Source: an uncultured Gammaproteobacteria bacterium
Lineage (GTDB): Bacteria > Patescibacteriota > Patescibacteriia > S139-126
Reading direction: 5' to 3'
Assembly: GCA_964620905.1 (NCBI GenBank)
Contig: CAZUKA010000001.1
Span: 647,646 to 711,645, forward strand
DNA length: 64,000 nucleotides
This document shows, one piece after another, positions 28,503 through 38,082 of the stretch (positions within the stretch are counted from its first letter, which is position 1; each line of letters begins with the position of its first letter). The translations under genes and the position numbers were made by a program. The notes beneath the pieces were generated by a model, which saw only the letters and a list, made by a program, of their open reading frames with translations, was not told where the DNA came from and made no database searches.

Positions 28503-29654
28503 ATGTATTTTTGGGTAAATTTTTTACACTTTTATTTACCACCTACTACTGAAAAACAACAACTAGACGAAGCCGTGCAAAAAAGCTATGAGTGGATTTT
28601 ATTGATGGCAGAAAAATATCCCGATTGGCATTTTACTCTAAACATAACCGGTTGCCTAACAGAAGCTCTACATAAATATGGTTATAAAAAAATAGTTGAT
28701 CGTTTTTATGCTCTCATACAACGCGGTCAATTGGAATTAGTTGATTCTTTATCACACCACCCTATTGCTCCTTTGATTGAGACAAATATTATTCAGAGAC
28801 AAATAGAACAACAGCAAAAAATAAATGAAAATTTTTATGCAACTAAGCGCATGGGCTTTTTCCTACCAGAAATGGCTTACAACGAAAATGTTGGCAGATT
28901 GCTTGCTAAACAGAATTATGATTGGTTGATTTTAGATGAAATAAATTTCAAAGGTAAACTAAACAAAGTTGATTGGCAAAAAGCATATATTTTAAAAAAT
29001 AGTAATTTAAAAATTATTTTTCGCTCACGCGCATGGTCACTTGATTATCCACCCAGAAAAATTGCCAAGACTTTAGCTAAACACGACTTACCAAAATATA
29101 TAATCACCGCCACTGATGCTGAATTATACGGATTGCGCTTCAATGATTTTGAAGGTTGGCTAGGTCGAATCTTGGAAAACCCTAAAATTAAAACTCTTAC
29201 GGTCAGTCAGTACCTTCAGAAGCTGGCAACTTATAAATATATAAAACCACGAGCTGCTAATTGGGAAAGTCTAGAATTAGAATTAAAAAATAAATTCAAT
29301 TTTAGTCTGTGGCACGGTCAAAAAAATAAAATTCATAATCTACTTTGGCAATTAGCAAATTTGGCAACTTTAGAAATAAAAAAACATCCTAACGATGTAA
29401 ATTTTGACTGGGCTGTTAAACATTTAGACAATGGCTTGGCTAGTTGTACTTTTTGGTGGGCATCAAATAGAGATTTTAAACTGTTTGGCGCCCCAGCTTG
29501 GCACCCTGAAGAAGTAGAAAAGGGGGCATTAGAATTAATTAAAACTATCCGAACTCTCCAAACTAATAAAAGCACAAAATTAAAAGCAGAAAAAATTTAC
29601 CACCAATTAAAATACTTATTGTGGACAACTCACTGGCAAAAATATGGTCAATAA
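28503..29654 (+). CDS. Glycoside hydrolase family 57 protein
   Basis: WVNFLHFYLPP, GQLELVDSLSHHPIAPLI and GFFLPEMAYNENVG (catalytic Glu region) match GH57 blocks. Confidence 0.6.
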   Translation: MYFWVNFLHFYLPPTTEKQQLDEAVQKSYEWILLMAEKYPDWHFTLNITGCLTEALHKYGYKKIVDRFYALIQRGQLELVDSLSHHPIAPLIETNIIQRQIEQQQKINENFYATKRMGFFLPEMAYNENVGRLLAKQNYDWLILDEINFKGKLNKVDWQKAYILKNSNLKIIFRSRAWSLDYPPRKIAKTLAKHDLPKYIITATDAELYGLRFNDFEGWLGRILENPKIKTLTVSQYLQKLATYKYIKPRAANWESLELELKNKFNFSLWHGQKNKIHNLLWQLANLATLEIKKHPNDVNFDWAVKHLDNGLASCTFWWASNRDFKLFGAPAWHPEEVEKGALELIKTIRTLQTNKSTKLKAEKIYHQLKYLLWTTHWQKYGQ

Positions 29655-31701
29655 ATTTTCTTCTCAAATAATAAACTCGACCCTCCAAACAGTATTGATT
29701 AAGTATAATTTAAAACCTGGCTACCTAATGAGCACCAGTGGGGAATTTTTGGTTATGACCCTTAATCGCGGTCAGCAAAAATTTATTATCAAAATAATAT
29801 TAAATAAATCAGTAGCCGCCCAAAAAAAATTCAAAAATGAAGTTGCTATTTTAAAATTTTTACAAAATGTAAAAATTAGAGGTTTACTTACTCCTAAAAT
29901 TTATATCGCCAACACCAAAGTTTCTCCAAGCTATCTAATTTACAATTATATCAATGGTTATCCGTTAAATGATTTTTATATAAGTATTGGCCAACGTCTG
30001 ACCGAGAAATTTTTAGCAACTGATTTTATAAAAATACTAAATAATTTACAAAAAATAAAAATCCCCAAAAAAATTTCTTTACAAAAAAATTATCCCGCTG
30101 CCAATTTAAAAATGTTTAATACCAATTTACCTTATCTAAAAAAATATTTTAACCAAATATTCATTAAAAAAATTTATAGTTTACTTAGATTAAGAAAAAA
30201 ATTTTTAAACAGTCAACCTTTAAAATTGACTCACGGGGACATTAATCCCAAAAACCTAGTGTTAGATCAAAAAAATTTAGCTATAATCGATTGGTCAGAA
30301 GTTCATTTAAATAATCCTTTATTTGATTTGAGTAATTTGTATTTATTTGCTTGGAATAGACCAAATATTAGAGAGGTAATTAGACAATTTATTCTCAATG
30401 AATGTTTACACCTAACTAATCCTTATCACTTATTCTTATTGAACCGATTAATTCTACTGCCACGAAATATTCGGATTATGGAAAATTCTTTGTCTGGTCT
30501 GGCTTTAGACAAAAAAAATAAAAAAATCTTGCCAATCACAGAAAAAAAATTAAAAAAGGTTGCCAACTTAGCCATTCAAAATTATTTAGCTGAAATTAAT
30601 TGGTTGGTTGAATATCTAGAACTATGGCAAAAACCAAAGTCAATCGCTAAAACAATCGAAAAACTTTATCATTTGCCCACGGCTATCGAGTTTATGTTTT
30701 CACACCAAAAAAAAATGGGCTTGGGTAATGACTGGCAACTTAAAAAAATAACTACTCATCGTCTTACAGTTCGACGTGGTGATCAAAAATTTATTGCTGA
30801 ATTTACTTTTCAAAAAAGGAAAAAAATAAAAACAATAATGGGTAAAATACGCATGGAAAGAAACGACGACTTAGCTAGACAGTCATACCAAATAATAAAA
30901 ACTATTTGGGAAATACCTGCTGGAAAAAAACTGATCAGTCGTCCTTTGTATTATTTTTCAAAGGACCATTTGTACGTTTATGAAAAAACCTTAGGCCAGT
31001 CTTTGACCAATTTTATTGAGATTAAAACCAATCAAAACCAACTTTCCTTGTCACCACTAATAAAAAAATCTGCCAAGATTATGTCGCGTTTACACCAACT
31101 TCCCATAAATCATTTTGCCAAAGTAAAATTTTATAATAACTATGATTTAAATCAACAACTTTATTGGCTCGAAAAAAATATTAAAAAAAATAAAAAATTT
31201 TTTTCCTCAAAAAATATCAATTTTTTAAATAATCTAAAAAAATTACATGAAGACATCTCCCAACAAAGAGCCAATAAACGATCCTTTATTCACGGTGATT
31301 ACCAACTACAAAATCTTATCTTAGATCACCTGCGTCTGCGTCTAATAGACTTTGATAACGCTGAAATAAATGATCCGTTAATTGACGTGGGAAATTTTCT
31401 CAATCAAATAAACTATAAAAATTTGCTTTATAAAAATTCTCACTACCTACGTACCCTTTTTTTAAAAACTTATCTAGATTTAACCAAACAAAAACTTGAT
31501 GATGTTTTAATTCTTTGTATAAATTTTTATATAATTATGGGAACGGTCAAAAATATAAATTTAAACTTTTTGGAAAATAAACCTGACTTAGTGACTTATG
31601 ATATAAAAAAAATCCAATATTTATATCGTCATTTAAAGATTAATCCTTTGGATAATTTACGAAACGTAAAAATAATATTGACCAAATCTCTAAAAAATTA
31701 A
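29644..31701 (+). CDS. Tandem APH/choline-kinase-like phosphotransferase (two kinase domains)
   Basis: LTHGDINPKNLVLD...IIDWSEV and FIHGDYQLQNLILD...LIDFDNAE: two HGDxxxxN catalytic loops plus D-x-x/E. Confidence 0.6.
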   Translation: MVNKFSSQIINSTLQTVLIKYNLKPGYLMSTSGEFLVMTLNRGQQKFIIKIILNKSVAAQKKFKNEVAILKFLQNVKIRGLLTPKIYIANTKVSPSYLIYNYINGYPLNDFYISIGQRLTEKFLATDFIKILNNLQKIKIPKKISLQKNYPAANLKMFNTNLPYLKKYFNQIFIKKIYSLLRLRKKFLNSQPLKLTHGDINPKNLVLDQKNLAIIDWSEVHLNNPLFDLSNLYLFAWNRPNIREVIRQFILNECLHLTNPYHLFLLNRLILLPRNIRIMENSLSGLALDKKNKKILPITEKKLKKVANLAIQNYLAEINWLVEYLELWQKPKSIAKTIEKLYHLPTAIEFMFSHQKKMGLGNDWQLKKITTHRLTVRRGDQKFIAEFTFQKRKKIKTIMGKIRMERNDDLARQSYQIIKTIWEIPAGKKLISRPLYYFSKDHLYVYEKTLGQSLTNFIEIKTNQNQLSLSPLIKKSAKIMSRLHQLPINHFAKVKFYNNYDLNQQLYWLEKNIKKNKKFFSSKNINFLNNLKKLHEDISQQRANKRSFIHGDYQLQNLILDHLRLRLIDFDNAEINDPLIDVGNFLNQINYKNLLYKNSHYLRTLFLKTYLDLTKQKLDDVLILCINFYIIMGTVKNINLNFLENKPDLVTYDIKKIQYLYRHLKINPLDNLRNVKIILTKSLKN

Positions 31702-31710
31702 TCTTAAAGA

Positions 31711-32658
31711 ATGGTAAAAAACTTAGCCTGGTTAAAAAATTTTCTTTTAAGAAAAAAATTATTAAAAAATTACAAAATCAATCCCTTGGCAGTTGGTAAT
31801 AATTACTACGTTTTTACTGCCTGTCGACAAAATAAAAAATATACCATTAGAGTCGGGAAATCAACTGCTCCGAAAATAAATTTAACTCGTCAATTTGTTT
31901 TTTTGAGTTATTTACAAAATAAAAATATAAATTTTGCACCGGCGCCGCTTTATTTTAATAAAAAATACAATTTATTTATCTGCCAATTTATCACTGGAAA
32001 AAATTTGGTTCAAAAAAAAATAAATAAAAAAATTTTATACCAACTGGCGACAAAATTGGCAACCCTTCATCGGCTGACTTATCAAGATTTTAAAAATTTT
32101 TGTCTTTCAAATACGTTACCAGTTTTTCAATCAGAAAAACCCTGGGAAAATATAAATATTTACGGTTGGAAAAGATTTAGATATATTAAACTTCACTGTC
32201 CAGAAAAAAATTTTGTAAAATGGATTGAACCAAAACTAGAAAAAAGTAGCGAAGAGATTAAAAAAATTCCTTTAAATAAATATTCTGTTATTTTAGATCA
32301 TGGTGATATTAGCCGGGCCAATATTTTGCTTTACAAAAATAAAATGACTTTTATTGATTGGGCCAATGTGCGCTTCTTATATAGTCTTGACCACAAATTA
32401 ACTTATTTGTTTGAACATGCCTTTTTTTCACCTACTGAACAAAAACAGTTTCTCGATTGTTATCTCAATTTACTTCCTTTTATAAAACCAACTAAGTTGG
32501 AAATGCTAATTAAAAAAGAGAGGGCGGCATTAAGAATAAGGGATGTTATTTGGAGCACTTACATGTATACTAAAAGTGTTATCAATAAATCGCCTGACTT
32601 TAAAAAATACAAAAAAATGACCTTAAGTAGAATTAAAAATTATGAAAAAAACCTCTAA
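31711..32658 (+). CDS. APH-like phosphotransferase (third kinase domain)
   Basis: VILDHGDISRANILLY...FIDWANV. Confidence 0.6.
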   Translation: MVKNLAWLKNFLLRKKLLKNYKINPLAVGNNYYVFTACRQNKKYTIRVGKSTAPKINLTRQFVFLSYLQNKNINFAPAPLYFNKKYNLFICQFITGKNLVQKKINKKILYQLATKLATLHRLTYQDFKNFCLSNTLPVFQSEKPWENINIYGWKRFRYIKLHCPEKNFVKWIEPKLEKSSEEIKKIPLNKYSVILDHGDISRANILLYKNKMTFIDWANVRFLYSLDHKLTYLFEHAFFSPTEQKQFLDCYLNLLPFIKPTKLEMLIKKERAALRIRDVIWSTYMYTKSVINKSPDFKKYKKMTLSRIKNYEKNL

Positions 32659-33415
32659 AAAAAATGTTATTATTACTGGTTCGGAAGGTTTAATTGGTAA
32701 AATTTTATGCCAAGGGTTAGTAAATTATAATCTCTATAAACTAGATAAAATTAAAAAAAACGGATCAAACTATTATCAAACTGATATCGCCAATAAACAG
32801 CAGTTATTGAAAGCTATCGAAAAAATAAAAACAAAAATTAATTGTATAGTCCACCTGGCAGCTGCAAGTGGAATTTATTCATCTTGGCAACAAATTCTAA
32901 AGAGCAATATAATTGGAACAAATAATATTTATGAAATCGCTAAAGAAAAAGATATAAAAAAAATAGTTTTCTTTAGTACCAATCATATTACTGGCGGATA
33001 TGAAGGTAACCCTCGTTCCTTACATCTAAAAAAGAAAAAAAACTTAATTACCACAAAACACGCGATGCGCCCTGACAGTTATTATGCGGTGAGTAAAATT
33101 TTTGGTGAAGCTTTGGCGCGTATGTATTATGAACAATATCAAATTTCTACTATTTGTTTGAGAATTGGAAATGTTATTACAAATGATGATCCGCGTGATT
33201 ATTCTCGTTCGGAAAGCATCTGGCTTAGCCACCGCGATTTAATTTGTTTAACTGACCGAGCTATTAAGGCAGCTGTGGGATTTGGAATATATTATGGTAT
33301 TTCCAATAATACCAAAAAAATTTGGGAGATTAATAATACTATCAAAGAACTAGGTTATAAACCAAAAGACAATGCGAGTAAAAAAATTAACTATCTAAAT
33401 AAACATGAGCAATAA
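32642..33415 (+). CDS. NAD-dependent epimerase/dehydratase (short SDR)
   Basis: Rossmann ITGSEGLIGKIL and catalytic YAVSK. Confidence 0.7.
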   Translation: MKKTSKKNVIITGSEGLIGKILCQGLVNYNLYKLDKIKKNGSNYYQTDIANKQQLLKAIEKIKTKINCIVHLAAASGIYSSWQQILKSNIIGTNNIYEIAKEKDIKKIVFFSTNHITGGYEGNPRSLHLKKKKNLITTKHAMRPDSYYAVSKIFGEALARMYYEQYQISTICLRIGNVITNDDPRDYSRSESIWLSHRDLICLTDRAIKAAVGFGIYYGISNNTKKIWEINNTIKELGYKPKDNASKKINYLNKHEQ

Positions 33416-34841
33416 AAAAATTAAAATTCTCTTAACCGCAGCTGAATGTACGCCGTTTGCTAAGGTTGGGGGTTTAGCTGATGTGATTGGGTCACTACCC
33501 AAAGAAATATATAAACGAAGGTATAAAATTGATGTTATTCTCCCTTTATATGGAAATATTGATACAAAATTTTTTGCTATTCATAATAATCATAAATATT
33601 TTTTTATAAATTTTTCTAACCAAAAAGAAAAAATTGAAATTTTTACCTCTTATTTACCAAAAAGCAAAGTGCGAATATTATTTTTAAAAAACAATAAATT
33701 TTTATCAACCAATGAAGTATATATCAACACCAGTGGTACAGAAAATCAAAAAAGGTTTACTTTTTTTTCACTAGCAGTAAAAGAATTTATTAAGCAATTA
33801 AAAAATAAAAATATAATTTTACATTGCCACGATTGGCACACGGGTTTACTTCCTTACTTAATAAAAAACGACCGAGAGACTAGATCAATCAAAACTATAT
33901 TTACCATTCACAATATCGCCAATCAAGGAATCTGGGATACAAGAGATGCACAAAAATTTGGCCTTGACTTTGCCAATCGGTTTGAAGAAAAAATAAATTT
34001 TATGGAAATAGGTATAACTTTTGCTGATCATGTTACCACTGTCAGCCAAACCTATGCCAAAGAAATTATGACCAAAAAATTTGGTTATAATCTAGCGCCA
34101 TTACTGCGACGACAACGACAAAAAGTAAGTGGCGTCTTAAATGGTATTGATACGGATGAATTTAATCCTCAAACTGATCGTTTGATTTACAAAAATTTTA
34201 ATGCCACCTACCTAAACAACAAAACTTTCAATAAGTTAAAACTTCAACAAGACTTTGGCTGGAAAAAAAATACTAAAACACCTTTACTAGGTGTGATATC
34301 ACGTTTGTTTGAACAAAAAGGATTAGATTGGTTGGCTCAAATTATGCCAAAAATCGCTCAACACAATATACAGCTTGTAGTTTTGGGAACTGGCGATAGA
34401 CAATTGGAAAAAACTTTTAAACAATTGGAAAAAATATATCCAAATAAACTCCGTGCAATTATAGATTTTCAACCAATATTAGCACAAAAAATATATGCGG
34501 CTAGTGATATATTTTTAGTTCCTTCCCGTTTTGAACCGTGCGGATTAACTCAAATGATAGCCATGCGCTATGGCACTGTGCCAATTGTCAGATCGACCGG
34601 AGGTTTAAAAGATACAGTAAAACAATACCAAAAAAACAAAAATAAAATTACTGGTACGGGTTTTGTTTTTAAACAAGAAAAACCCCAAGCTTTATACCTA
34701 GCAATTGTCAAAGCTCTAAAAGTGTACAATAATAAAAATAACTGGGGCAGTTTACAAAAAAACTGTATGCGGCAAGATTTTTCCTGGAAAAAGTCTGCCC
34801 AAGAATACATTGCTCTCTATAAACAACTAATAAAAGAATAG
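33405..34841 (+). CDS. Second glycogen-synthase-like GT5 glycosyltransferase
   Basis: KVGGLADVIGSLPKEI and EPCGLTQM; paralogue of the upstream glgA. Confidence 0.8.
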   Translation: MSNKKIKILLTAAECTPFAKVGGLADVIGSLPKEIYKRRYKIDVILPLYGNIDTKFFAIHNNHKYFFINFSNQKEKIEIFTSYLPKSKVRILFLKNNKFLSTNEVYINTSGTENQKRFTFFSLAVKEFIKQLKNKNIILHCHDWHTGLLPYLIKNDRETRSIKTIFTIHNIANQGIWDTRDAQKFGLDFANRFEEKINFMEIGITFADHVTTVSQTYAKEIMTKKFGYNLAPLLRRQRQKVSGVLNGIDTDEFNPQTDRLIYKNFNATYLNNKTFNKLKLQQDFGWKKNTKTPLLGVISRLFEQKGLDWLAQIMPKIAQHNIQLVVLGTGDRQLEKTFKQLEKIYPNKLRAIIDFQPILAQKIYAASDIFLVPSRFEPCGLTQMIAMRYGTVPIVRSTGGLKDTVKQYQKNKNKITGTGFVFKQEKPQALYLAIVKALKVYNNKNNWGSLQKNCMRQDFSWKKSAQEYIALYKQLIKE

Positions 34842-34847
34842 TCTGCC

Positions 34848-35783
34848 ATGCCAATTGTTTACGATCATAAAACTCAAATTAGAAAAGATTATTTTTTAGA
34901 TCGCTATGTCATCATTACCCCGGCTCGTACTAAACGTCCACGCGATATTACCGAAACTTCACACCGCGAACCGGGTCAAGCTTGCGTATTGTGTCCTAAT
35001 ACGTTAGAAAAAAATCTAATAACCGATCGTCTAGGCGGCAAAAAAAACTGGCAAGTTATTTCTATACTAAATAAATTTCCTGCCGTGGCTCTTTCCAATC
35101 CTCAAGCTTATGGTCAACAAGAAGTAGTGGTGGAAACGCCTATTCACGGCCGTGAACTGGGTGACATGAGTCACCAGGAAATTCTAAAAATTCTTGAAAT
35201 GTATCGTCGTCGCACAAAAAAATTAAGCTCTCTTAAAGACGTTGATTATATTTTAATATTCAAAAATATGGGTGGGCCGGCTGGTGCTTCTTTGTTGCAT
35301 GCCCACTCACAAATCTTTGCCAGCAAAAAAACTCCACCCGACGTTTTTCATGAACTAGATAAAGCCCAAGAATACAAAATAAGACACGGACGAAGTGTTT
35401 ATGAAGATATTATTAAAAAAGAACAAAAATCTCCTCGCTTTGTTTGGAGCGACAAAAATGTTTTGGTATTTTGTCCTTTTGCCTCCTTATATCACTACGA
35501 AGCTTGGATTTTTCCTTTTAAACGACGAGATAATATTACCGAGTTAACTAAAAGTGAACTTGGGTCTTTAGCCAAAGCTTTGAAACTAATTTTGGGTAGG
35601 CTTAATAAATTCAACATCCCTTATAATTTTTTTATGCATCAATCAATCCCTGATCAAGGGCAACACTTTTATATAAAAATCCAACCTCGCGAATCAATCT
35701 GGGCAGGACTAGAGCTAGGTGCCGGGTTAGTAATCAATTCTATTTCCCCCGAAGCAGCCGCCCGCTTTTACAAGAAAAAATAA
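34848..35783 (+). CDS. galT: GalT-family hexose-1-phosphate nucleotidyltransferase (HIT superfamily)
   Basis: Zn site CVLCPN and active-site HAHSQIF (HxHxQ). Confidence 0.7.
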   Translation: MPIVYDHKTQIRKDYFLDRYVIITPARTKRPRDITETSHREPGQACVLCPNTLEKNLITDRLGGKKNWQVISILNKFPAVALSNPQAYGQQEVVVETPIHGRELGDMSHQEILKILEMYRRRTKKLSSLKDVDYILIFKNMGGPAGASLLHAHSQIFASKKTPPDVFHELDKAQEYKIRHGRSVYEDIIKKEQKSPRFVWSDKNVLVFCPFASLYHYEAWIFPFKRRDNITELTKSELGSLAKALKLILGRLNKFNIPYNFFMHQSIPDQGQHFYIKIQPRESIWAGLELGAGLVINSISPEAAARFYKKK

Positions 35784-35812
35784 TACCGGACTGATATAAA
35801 AAACCTCTCTGT

Positions 35813-36385
35813 TTAGAGAGGTTTGTTTTTTTCAGCCAAAATCTTGAAGCTGTAGTTTATTATGCAGGAAATATTTAGAACTAAAGTTACTAAAATAAGT
35901 ATGGTGTTTATTTGTTGGTCAAATTCAAATAATCGACTGGGGTTGTTTTCACTTGTAGTATAATAAAAACCTATTAATACCAATAAAGCAATTAAAGAAA
36001 TTCGACCAAGGTGGTCAGAGGCAGGCAGATAATCTACGTATAAATGAGATAAGCATGCACCCACGGTGAGGATTGAAAAATAAGCAATTACCCACCAAAA
36101 AGCATAGGTTGGTACATAGTCATGGTAAGAAAATATAATTAAAGTACTGAAAAAAATCAACTTGTCTCTGATAGTATCTAAGAGTCGTCTGCTATAATTT
36201 TCTTCATCCAAAAGAACTGCTAACCCACCATCTAACAAATCAACCAATACCGACAGGGTTGACCACAAATAAAAATCAAATTTACCAACGGTTTTTAAAA
36301 CCAGTGGCCAAAGTAAAAACCCTAACAGGGTAATAGCCGTGGAAATATTCCAGGGCAACTTTCTTATTTCGCCAATCAAGCTCAT
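35813..36385 (-). CDS. CDP-alcohol phosphatidyltransferase-like membrane protein
   Basis: Multi-TM with DLLDGGLAV...RRLLDTIRD, resembling the D-G-x2-A-R...D-x3-D motif (imperfect). Confidence 0.45.
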   Translation of the reverse strand: MSLIGEIRKLPWNISTAITLLGFLLWPLVLKTVGKFDFYLWSTLSVLVDLLDGGLAVLLDEENYSRRLLDTIRDKLIFFSTLIIFSYHDYVPTYAFWWVIAYFSILTVGACLSHLYVDYLPASDHLGRISLIALLVLIGFYYTTSENNPSRLFEFDQQINTILILVTLVLNISCIINYSFKILAEKNKPL

Positions 36386-36442
36386 TTCGCCTCCGTAATC
36401 TGTTTTAAAGAACTATTAATTAATCAAAAATTATAACAAAAA

Positions 36443-36835
36443 TTAGTTATTTGTCAAGTGATTACGAGAGTGTGCAATAATAAATACACCAGCACCAATC
36501 ATGTCCATCAATAAATCACCCATAGTATCTTTGATACTAAGTTGTAAAAAATTTAGATGGAAAAAGGTAGAAATCGTTTGGTCCCAAACAAATTCCCCCA
36601 ACTCCCAAACCACACCAAAAAAACATAAGACACAAAATACAAAAAAATACCTTGCCAGGCGCTGAGAGATGAGATGTCCTAAAATATCATAAATAATATA
36701 GCTTAAAAGCGCCCCCGTGCCAACATGCATGATAATGTCATAATTGGGGAAAATTTGATACAAAAAAATTACGCCCAGTAGATGAAACCAGGCGATACCT
36801 ACTAAAATATAATAATGTTTTGTTTTTATTTTCAT
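36443..36835 (-). CDS. Integral membrane protein (130 aa), hypothetical
   Basis: Four TM helices; ATGA overlap with tyrS. Confidence 0.45.
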   Translation of the reverse strand: MKIKTKHYYILVGIAWFHLLGVIFLYQIFPNYDIIMHVGTGALLSYIIYDILGHLISQRLARYFFVFCVLCFFGVVWELGEFVWDQTISTFFHLNFLQLSIKDTMGDLLMDMIGAGVFIIAHSRNHLTNN

Positions 36836-38031
36836 TTAATTTTGACAAAGGTTTTTTTACCAATCTGAATTAAATCGTTGGTTTTAAACTCCACTAGATC
36901 ATAAAGGTTGGTTATTTTCTCGCCATTTAACTTAACTGCCCCTTGTGACAACAATCGCCTGGCTTCACTTTTTGACGGACAAAGTTTATTGTCTGTCAAA
37001 AAATCAGGCCAGTTGTATTTCTTGTTTTTTAAAACTATCTCAGGTACGTCTAGGGGTATTTGTTTATGGGAAAAAACACTAATAAAATTTTTTGCTGCAC
37101 TTTCGGCTTTAGATTCACTATGGTACATGGTCACTACTGCTTTGGCTAATTCTATTTTTAAATCTCTGGGGTTGCGTCCACTGGACAATTCTGTTTTAAC
37201 TCGTTTCAAGTCCGTTTGTTTATACCTAGCAACTAATTCAAAATAAGACAACAACAATTCATCTGGAATAGACATAATTTTACCAAACTGTTCAGCTGCC
37301 GGGTCAGCTAAACCAATACTATTGCCTAAAGACTGACTCATTTTCATCTTGCCATCAGTACCTAATAATAACGGTACGGCTACAATATCCTGTGGCGCCT
37401 GGTTGTTATCTGTCTGTAAATTTCTAGCTTGCAATTCATTGAATTTTTGGTCTAAACCAATTACCGTAACGTCGCTTTTTAGTTCCACCGAGTCCCAACC
37501 CTGTAGCATAGGATACACCGGTTCATGATAATATATTTCTTTATTTTGTGCTTGCCGTTTTTGAAACATATCTCTTTCCAACATCCTAGCTACAGTAAAC
37601 TTGGATAAAAGTTTCAAACCTTGCTCAAAACTCCACTTATCATACCAATTACTGTTATCACGGATTTCTACTTTGCTGATATCTAAAATTTTTCCCAATT
37701 GTTGTAAATAATTTTTAGCAAGCCCCAATACTTCTTTTTTAGCACGCAAATCACGAGCTTTTTCTTTGTCAGCCGGATCACCAAAACGACCAGTGAATCC
37801 GCCAATCAAAAAAATGACCTGGTGCCCTAACTCCTGAAATTCTCGCAACTTGTGATAAACTACGCCATAACCTAAATGTAAATCTTTTGTCGTCGGGTCA
37901 ACGCCGTGTTTAACGCGTAATTTTTTACCGGATAACAATTTCTTTTTTAAATCATTCTTAACCACTACCTCAGCTACGCCGGTTGTCAAGAGTTCGTCTA
38001 TTCTTTTTTCGTCGGTTATAATTTTAATCAT
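36832..38031 (-). CDS. tyrS: Tyrosyl-tRNA synthetase
   Basis: GVDPTTKDLHLGY (HIGH), KMSQSLGN (KMSKS), C-terminal S4 domain. The track ORF extends to 38103; MIKIITDEK chosen as start. Confidence 0.8.
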   Translation of the reverse strand: MIKIITDEKRIDELLTTGVAEVVVKNDLKKKLLSGKKLRVKHGVDPTTKDLHLGYGVVYHKLREFQELGHQVIFLIGGFTGRFGDPADKEKARDLRAKKEVLGLAKNYLQQLGKILDISKVEIRDNSNWYDKWSFEQGLKLLSKFTVARMLERDMFQKRQAQNKEIYYHEPVYPMLQGWDSVELKSDVTVIGLDQKFNELQARNLQTDNNQAPQDIVAVPLLLGTDGKMKMSQSLGNSIGLADPAAEQFGKIMSIPDELLLSYFELVARYKQTDLKRVKTELSSGRNPRDLKIELAKAVVTMYHSESKAESAAKNFISVFSHKQIPLDVPEIVLKNKKYNWPDFLTDNKLCPSKSEARRLLSQGAVKLNGEKITNLYDLVEFKTNDLIQIGKKTFVKIK

Positions 38032-38082
38032 ATTGAGTGCTTTTTTATTATATCTAAATATTGATATAATAAAAAGAGGTTT

